Made by a program: the position numbers and the translations under genes
Assembly: GCA_964019425.1 (NCBI GenBank)
Contig: OZ025792.1
Span: 1,178,001-1,242,000, forward strand
Direction: 5' to 3'
Length of the DNA: 64,000 nucleotides
Source: Flectonema sp. DT1601
Lineage: Eukaryota
In this document: positions 56,501 through 64,000 of the stretch, in pieces
Layout of the letters: each line of letters begins with the position of its first letter
Numbering within the stretch: the stretch's first letter is position 1
The notes under the pieces: generated by a model
What the model was told of the DNA's origin: nothing
The model's input: the letters and a program-made list of their open reading frames with translations, nothing else
Databases searched by the model: none

Positions 56501-59403
56501 ATTGATAATAGTCGAGGTCCTTCTACAGGATCTAAACTAAAATTATAAAACCTCAATCTCAACAACAACTTTCTAACCACATCCGCTGTAACAGCAGGTG
56601 ACGTTAAGTGAATAACAATCCTCTCACAGTCTTCTTTATTTCTAATTGTTGCTGAGGAAGTCGTAGCCCTACACAATCCACCTTCTATTATTGTTGCTAC
56701 AGGTAATTCTTTTACTCTAATCGTTTTATCTGATTCACTATAAAAAGCATCTTGTCCAGACTTAAACACAATAAAATCATCTGGAGTATAACCCTTATCA
56801 AATTGAATTATAATCGTTCCATGTTCAAATGTTCCTAAAGTACTACTAGAACCTGTCCTGCTGACTGCTGTTCCAGTAGCACAGGTTACAACACCATTAA
56901 ATCTGCTGATAATCGGTTGATCATTGCAGATGATGTCACTAATAAGTTGAGATTTATCAATCGAATCTCCTTCAATAAATGTACACGTTCGATTATCAGG
57001 TGGAAGCCAAAGAAAGGGAGGTGTTAAAACGATTGATAACATCGCACTGGTTTCAACAAGTAGAAGAGATGTTGGAAGGATGTTATTTTCTTCAGATGTA
57101 AGAAACAGATCATCCTCGTCGATTGCATCTATAAATAAAAGTTGAAGAGAGACAGCAATAGTTCTGTGGATGGGAACGTTCCAACTGTCAAGTAGGTTTT
57201 GGTATCTACATCCTCTCAGCATTTCTTGAACTTCTTTAAAAGAACTAAACTTTTTAATATAAAGTTTCAGTTCACTCGTAGGTTCCAGTATCTCTTGCAT
57301 TCCCGCTGCGGGATATTTCAAAACTTTTGTTACATTTTTTGATAAAGAGAATCCTTCTGGACGTACAGTCCAGGATTCCTTTTTAGAAATTAATTTTTCA
57401 GTTTTCAAGGCTGACGGTGACATGTTCGCAGTAGTGCATTTAAAAGATAGCAGCCCTCCGAGGATTGTTTCTTTCTTTTTCTTTAAGAACATTGGGTCTT
57501 GGTGTTTTCGGTGTATATCACTTCTAGTAGTTTCAATGCTGGCAGCTAAAGACTGTGCAATCATTCTCTGAACGTGATCTGCGTGAGACATGGCTCCAAG
57601 CTTTTGTTGAGTTCTTTCATGAAGTTTGCGTTGCTTTTCAAGCTCTTCTTTCTTTTTTGTTGACTCAACTTGTTCTTGTTGCTCGATGTCTTTAATTTTT
57701 GATATCCAATCTGTTGGAAGTTCAGCAATGAATCGAACACATGGTTCAGCATCACAAGTATCAGGTTCTTCTGTTGAGGCTGACAAATGTTGTCCCATAA
57801 TATATTTCTGAGGTTTGATCTCCCCAGGAATCTTAATAGCTAATATCGGAGCTGTCGTCATAGTCGATCTCCTATCGGTAGACGCTAAGATGAAGAGTTC
57901 TCTAGCTAATGCCATACCAGTGCAGGTTCGTACCAAATCTTCAATGATAGGACGTAAGATATGTTCCTCAGTGATGACTACTTCTCTGACGGAGGTTTCT
58001 TCTGTTACAATGATTTGGCGATGTCGTTCTAATTCGAGAAGCTTTTGTTGTTCAGCAATATCCCATTGTTTTATTAACCAAACAAATGAATCTGATTCAT
58101 CAGTAGCAGTTCTACATCTGTGTCTCCATTCGTCTGTTGTAAGGTCTTGTCGCATTTGAGTCTTGTGAGTAGCTATTTCTATACCGCGAGAATCTTCAAC
58201 TCGAATATCAAGTAGATCGAGTTCTCTTTCTTTTTCAATTACTTTACGAGTGTCTGATTCTTGAGATTCAACTATTTCTCTTGTGAGGCGCTCTACTTCA
58301 AGACGGTTTCTCTCACATTGACGAGCTCTGTATCTGTCCTCTTGTACGACATCAAGAATCACTGCAAGTGAATCGTGTTGTGATTTCATGTGAATTACTC
58401 TAAAACGAGTTTCTGTTCTTTCAGTTATTGCAAGCCATCTGGATATCCAATTCTGAATGAGTTCATGTCTGTGACAAGTCTCATTGACACTCACAACAGA
58501 AATATGATATCTACGTTCTTCTCTACGCCTGTTGCGAGTAGCATGTTTAAGTAATCGAAGTCTTACTTTGTGATGCCTTGCGAGTAATAATTTTATAAGT
58601 TCATTCTCTCTTTCTTGAATAATTGTTGTCCGAAATGTTTCCTCATCATCTTCAAGAAGTAAAATTCGGTTTTCATTTTGACGTCGTCTGACTAACGCAG
58701 TGGTTCGGTTGGCTGCCACGTCAAGACGGCGTTGCTGTCTTTGATGAGCAAGTAAATTAATTCGAGCTGCAGACTGTAAACCAGACAAAGTAGAAGATAT
58801 TGAAGGACAGCCTTCATGTGTTGAGACCTGATCAGATATGACGCTAATGATTGAACGATTACTTTGGACTGCTTGAACTAATCGTTCCAGGGATGATTTC
58901 CCTATTTCTGAAGAAGTCAAATCAATTACTTTAACTGGTTGACTTTTACATATCTCAGAAGCTAAATAAGCATTCTCAGTCTCCACAACTTGATTTGATA
59001 AATCTAATGTCCCAGAAGGAGATGGTGATAATCTTATACCACAATGACTATCAGGTTGATATTCATATTTCTTACCAGCAAAACGAGCAGCATGTCGCGC
59101 TGCTAATCTTTTTCTTTCAGAAGTCTTATTCTGCATTCCTCCTAATAACTTACTCGACAACTGTGGTATTTGTTGACTCATAGCTAATGCTGCCCTTGGT
59201 TGTGAAAGGTTACTCTTCCCTGCTCGGATTGAACTTTTCGCAGCTGTAGAACTGTTGGTTCCATCAAAGAAAAGATCTAAAGTACCTCCTATCCGCTTTC
59301 TGCTCACATCATAGAATCGATAAGCGTTTACTAACCTAGCTCTTGGATCCCAAAGGTTTTCAATTATCGGTAGAGCACGTTGATGTGAGTCATCTTCCAT
59401 CAC
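53552..59403 (-). CDS. Large (~1922 aa) protein: LRR-like start, coiled coil, repeated beta-rich cadherin/Ig-like modules; exons 55461-59403 and 53552-55377
   Basis: An 83-nt GT..AAAACAG intron (55378-55460) joins the 1319-aa and 489-aa ORFs in frame with no stop. Recurring I.D.DT..F.GG and L...Y.N.S.DP..G.R.I.I.L.D motifs. Confidence 0.8.
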
Positions 59404-60317
59404 TGAAGGGTGTTGATGAAAAAAATAAAATATAACAATTCAAAACTTTAGATGACTACTACTGTGTCTCACATCAAAATAGGTTTCCCTCATTTAACTG
59501 TTTTTAAAGCAATCTACTGAAAGATAAAAATATTATTAAATTGAAGTGTTTCAAACGATTGTAAATACGATCTCCGCATTGGCTCACAGATATAAGACCA
59601 TTAGTATGTAATTATGGTGATGGAGTTTATTTTATTGTCAGGTCGTAGCACACTTCTAGCATAATACTCACCTTAAATAAATTACGGTGAGTCATTTCTT
59701 CATCTCTGAGGGTGGTTCTATTTTGTAAGAGGTAGGGATTATAATAAATCATAATACAAATATCAAAAAGTTGTTCGTGTGCAACGTGTCATGAATCGCG
59801 TTGGCCACATCTCGGAGTAAAGCATTACAATACTCCTGTTGGAAGATAGCTCTCTATATGTGTACAGTTCTTTCTGTGATGGGAAAACCCATTGAGTTGA
59901 CAAATGCTGAAATGTTTTTTTTTTTTTTGAAAACCCTACAACGCACATCGAACAGTCAACCGCTAAGGTGCTGTAAAAGAACGCCTCCTCTGTCATCCCA
60001 TTCATTGCGGTTACGAGTTTCCTTAAAAACCTTGCAAACCATCCGTTCGATCCCTTGGTCCGTATTCTCAAGACTACGTCTGATGCGCGCATTGAGGGTG
60101 ACCAAGGTCGAATTAAAAAAGCAACACTTAAAAAAAAACAAAAGAGTAGGTAAGGTTTTCCTTTTTTTTTTTCTTACTGAGCACTCAAAGAATATGAGCG
60201 AGTTATTGAGCGAATACCACAAACGAATCTGAAATAAATGCAGCCACGATGTGCAATTTGTGCCGGATGGAGGCAGATTGTATGTCACAATATAATTTAT
60301 GAAATAAACTATTCACA

Positions 60318-61578
60318 TTAAGTTGTTGAGTTTTTCTGTTTTTTTTTTTTTTTTTTTTAATTTTTTTCATAACAGATATTCGATAGTTGTGTGTGTACAT
60401 ACCCGACTACCAGTACCTTCAGTCTTTAGTCGCTCAACATCAAACGATAAATCAGCGAATGAGTCTTTTGGTTTTGGCTTAGAATTTTCAACAACACTTC
60501 GATTGCCGTTATTAGAGCTGCTTACTGGATTTGTATTAACTGAAGCAGGAGGTATATTGTATTCATTAATAATCTCTCTCTCATTGACAGTAATGTTTTC
60601 AGGAGCTGGAATCGGTTTCGATTCGGGAGAACTCGCAAATTTTAATAAATCATCTTTCTGTGAAGGTACTACATGTTCTATTGGTCGTATCCCCGCATTA
60701 TTCTTCTCATTTCCGTATTGAGAGAAAAGTATAACACGTCCGAGCTCTTCCTCTCCAGAGATCCGCACTCTCGCCTCCAAATCATCCTTCGGAAGAGTAG
60801 AGATATCAATATTAATTTGTTCCACTAGTTCATTTCTTGCCTCACGAATTTGAGCTTCCAAGTTATTAATGGCATTGCTTGAGACTTCTTGGTGTTGTTT
60901 ACAACTCGCAGTGTTTTTCTTTAATACTCTAATTGTATCTCTAAGTTGTTGTTCTGTTAGGTGAGCACTTCTATCGTTAACCGACTTTGCTGTAACGTCT
61001 TCAATAGCAGCGCTTACCTGTGATTTTATATTTGTAATAAGTTCCCTAAATGATAAGATAACATCCGTCTGTACTGAACTAGCGGATGTTTGTTGACTGA
61101 AAGTGGAACTTCTGAAAGCTGAGAATTGTTGATACTCACTCCACGATCCACATGGAAGGTTTGGGATTTCCATTTTTACGTTACTACACTTTTTATTATA
61201 AAATGATACGTTATAATCTATCGTCCCTGCAATAGGTGCTTCTCTGTGGATCTCTGATGTGATGAGGCAGAAGAGAAAATCTTCGTTTGCATTTTCTTGA
61301 TTCTTCCGTTCCAAAGCCGACGGAATGTGAGCTGAAAACTCCCTTGCGCTGAACCATCCAACAGTGTTTGCCGGTGCCGTAGCCTCTCTAACGTTTGATT
61401 TTATAAAATTTGATATTCCAATAGCTTTTATAATTGTGTCTTCTTCGTCACTCATAACGGATTTTTGTTGTTTGTTTCCGACTAACCATCCTTGACTGGA
61501 GCCGTCTTCGAGCATTTGATGAATTGCTTTCGCATGAACCACACCATTCAAATATACTTTAGTTATCTCTTTGCTCAT
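60318..61578 (-). CDS. Abraxas/ABRO1-like (MPN-minus) coiled-coil protein; probable terminal intron at 60336-60402
   Basis: QGWLVG, VGWFSAR..PSALE, FLFCLIT, IPNL..Y, then coiled coil. Removing GTATGT..(A)n CAG gives ...GSRKNSTT*. Confidence 0.65.
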
Positions 61579-62589
61579 GTTGGTGTAGTTTGTCTTTTAT
61601 TTTATTTTTAAATAAAATTATAATAATAATTTAATTAAGATATCAACAAGAAAAACCAGTTTAGGTTTTGCACCTCACTTCACTTGCGACTGTTGCCTTT
61701 TGTGCTGAACAAAAGAAAATAACTGCTAACAGAGTAATGATAAAACAAAAAGTTAGTTTTTTTTTTCTTAATTTTTCAATAATAATATAAAAAAAAAACA
61801 GAATAATAACTGACTTACAATAAAAACGAATATGATATGTGTCAACGACCCCATTCTACGTCACTGCCCGAGCACACTCAGCATCACAGCAACGAGTGTG
61901 CTACTGTACATCAATTCCAGCGAGTAGACAGATTTGTATTTTTTTTTTTTTTTTTTTGTTGGTGTTATTGTTGTTGTCGGAAGAACAGAAAAAGAAAATA
62001 AAATCACATGATTGCAGCTCCCACAACTGCTCCTTTTTTTTCTTTTTACATCAAACGTTAACCAAACCTGTTCTAAGAAAGCATAATATCCATAGCGACA
62101 GGATGGAAAAGTAGAGCGCCTACCAAAGTGATACTTTGATATGAGCCAAACAGTTTTTTTCAATCTCAGCTGATTATTAAAGGAGGATGATTCGTAGGGG
62201 GGCGCTGCAACCTGAAACCAAAATAATTAAAAAGAAATAATCACAAGACTCCGACATAGCTACTGAACAACATTTGGTTGAAAAGTTTCGATGGAGCTCA
62301 TCCAATCCTCTAGAGCAGTCGCTAACAGTTAGGCTGATTAAGTTTCTTACAGCTGCGGATACTCACAGCTAAAGTAGAACTTGATCAAGCAACAGAAAGA
62401 AAATTAACATTATAAAATAACTATCAAGATATACAGACAGAACTGGGGGCTAGGGAGTTAGAAAAGATTTACTGAAAAGAGTTAACCGCTTTCTAGTTAA
62501 CACAAATAAATCAATTAAGGGCGGGACAGGTGTGTTGCAATGCACACAACACAATTAAATTGTGTTATTATTATTTTCTTAAAGCTTAT

Positions 62590-63747
62590 TTATATCATTT
62601 TATCTTCTGTTGGGCTCATAGAAAGTTGATCCATATCACGGAGAAGCTGTCGGCATAGTGCGCCTGTTCGAGTAAACTTAGGAGGTTTTGGCGGAGGAAG
62701 TGCCTTTCGAAGAGCATGCACTTTATTATGACGTGCCTTCTTCAAACGAGCAGCAGCCTCCGACGGTGACATCACCGCACGCGGTTTGGGCGCCGCAGCA
62801 CACGATGACGTTGCTGCCTGACTTTCGGTAAAATGTTTTTTAAACGTTGCTGGATAATGAAGTGGTATGTTGCTCATTGTTAAAGGTTTCTTACCGTAGA
62901 CCGTTCGGTAGGTATTTGCGATCGCTTTTGCAAATTTATCAAAGAAAACCTGTTCAACTAACAACGCTCTCCTCACTGTCTTTGGTAATTCCAGTTGTAT
63001 GGCAGGTACTCCCAATAAAACTGATTGGTGTGCCATGGTGTGAAATCCTCTATTATTCCAACCTCGTAATTCAGGATCTCGTTCGACTACCATTTTTAAT
63101 TGTTTATAGCCGTACGTTCGTCTACCTTCAAGTGATTTTTGAATCTCATCACATATTGTCTTTTTAAGAAGTGTGACTTCTTTTTTTCTATCCTTCCAAA
63201 GTTCTTCCATTGCACCACAACCAACGTCAATTGCCAGATTGTCCTTTCGATCTACCTTACCGTGAATATCGATGTGTAGAAGGGGGATGCCGGTGCCTGC
63301 AAAAGTATCTTTCCATTTAATGAGTGTTTGGTGCCAATCACTTTTTTCAAGATCAGATGCTGTGAGGTAGTTAGGATCAAGATTATTCTGATCTTGTCGC
63401 TGAGCCGTGATGGAGTTCCATACCATGAAACTGCAGCTTCCCATTAACCATTCCATGTGAGATGCGAGGATTTGAGAAAGTCGAAGTGCTATTTCAGTTA
63501 CCCAGCGTTCTTTCCAATGGACGCGTTTTCGTTCTCCGAGATCGCCTCCTCGAAATAATTCCAATCCATGTGGAGCCGTTAACATTATTGGACCCTCAAT
63601 AACATGGACATACTGAGAATCTTTGTCGTAAAGCAGTGGGCGTTCATCTGCTGCAATTTGAGGCAGTGCGCAATTTTCAGACACTTTCTTCTCAGGCACC
63701 GCTCCAAATGACATCGCGGGAAGAGGAGGCGGGGGAGGCATATTCAC
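62590..63747 (-). CDS. N-formylglutamate amidohydrolase-like (Zn-exopeptidase fold) protein
   Basis: MLTAPHG, LHIDIHG, IDVGCG and AIQLEL motifs in the expected order. Confidence 0.65.
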   Translation of the reverse strand: MNMPPPPPLPAMSFGAVPEKKVSENCALPQIAADERPLLYDKDSQYVHVIEGPIMLTAPHGLELFRGGDLGERKRVHWKERWVTEIALRLSQILASHMEWLMGSCSFMVWNSITAQRQDQNNLDPNYLTASDLEKSDWHQTLIKWKDTFAGTGIPLLHIDIHGKVDRKDNLAIDVGCGAMEELWKDRKKEVTLLKKTICDEIQKSLEGRRTYGYKQLKMVVERDPELRGWNNRGFHTMAHQSVLLGVPAIQLELPKTVRRALLVEQVFFDKFAKAIANTYRTVYGKKPLTMSNIPLHYPATFKKHFTESQAATSSCAAAPKPRAVMSPSEAAARLKKARHNKVHALRKALPPPKPPKFTRTGALCRQLLRDMDQLSMSPTEDKMI

Positions 63748-64000
63748 AGTGATCCTAACTAAATAAAATAACTATTTTTTAATTAAAAGAATAAAATAAA
63801 ATAACAAACAACAACAACACTCCCTCAAGACTATTCTGCCTATCACCTGCTGAGATAAATAATGTTAATAATTGCGATGAAAAAAAAATAATCAAAACGA
63901 ACAAAGAGAAGGTGAATAAAATGAGAGATTGGTGATGCTAACCAGAAGAGGAAACAAACACATCATAAATTATCGATGAGCAACCCAAACAATGATAGTG

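Noticed and set aside
62128..62216. Possible box C/D snoRNA (TGATA..CTGA..GATGA..CTGA)
   Set aside because: Poor box C, no rRNA guide recognised, and it lies opposite the transcribed strand.

Overview
AT-rich eukaryotic nuclear DNA. Every credible protein-coding gene (about 22) lies on the minus strand, genes are intron-poor, and intergenic homopolymer tracts are common. This fits a euglenozoan-type unidirectional gene cluster, and a diplonemid is my best guess (inference only). Bases 1-7.3 kb are a graveyard of decayed non-LTR retrotransposon pieces, with a short dispersed repeat and an 18S rRNA fragment. Bases 7.4-35.6 kb form a segmentally duplicated array of five surface-receptor genes. 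Each has a signal peptide, a variable ~290-aa ectodomain, a PTAV mucin-like stalk, and one of two very different multi-TM C-termini (bodonin/DGF-1-like). They are interleaved with intact and broken copies of a 534-aa secretory EF-hand/kinase-like gene. The paralogues are mosaics that have swapped ectodomains, stalks and membrane modules. Bases 35.8-64 kb hold mostly single-copy genes: enoyl-CoA hydratase, two small Zn-finger paralogues, NADAR, canopy-like, a spliced selenoprotein K with in-frame UGA, a membrane-anchored TTL-like ligase, PPPDE peptidase, a PDZ-like protein, FGE/SUMF1, a ~1922-aa spliced repeat protein, an Abraxas-like MPN protein and an FGase-like hydrolase. The four best-supported GT-AG introns all end in an A-rich AAAAYAG acceptor instead of a polypyrimidine tract. 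All family calls are motif recognition by eye; no database searches were run.
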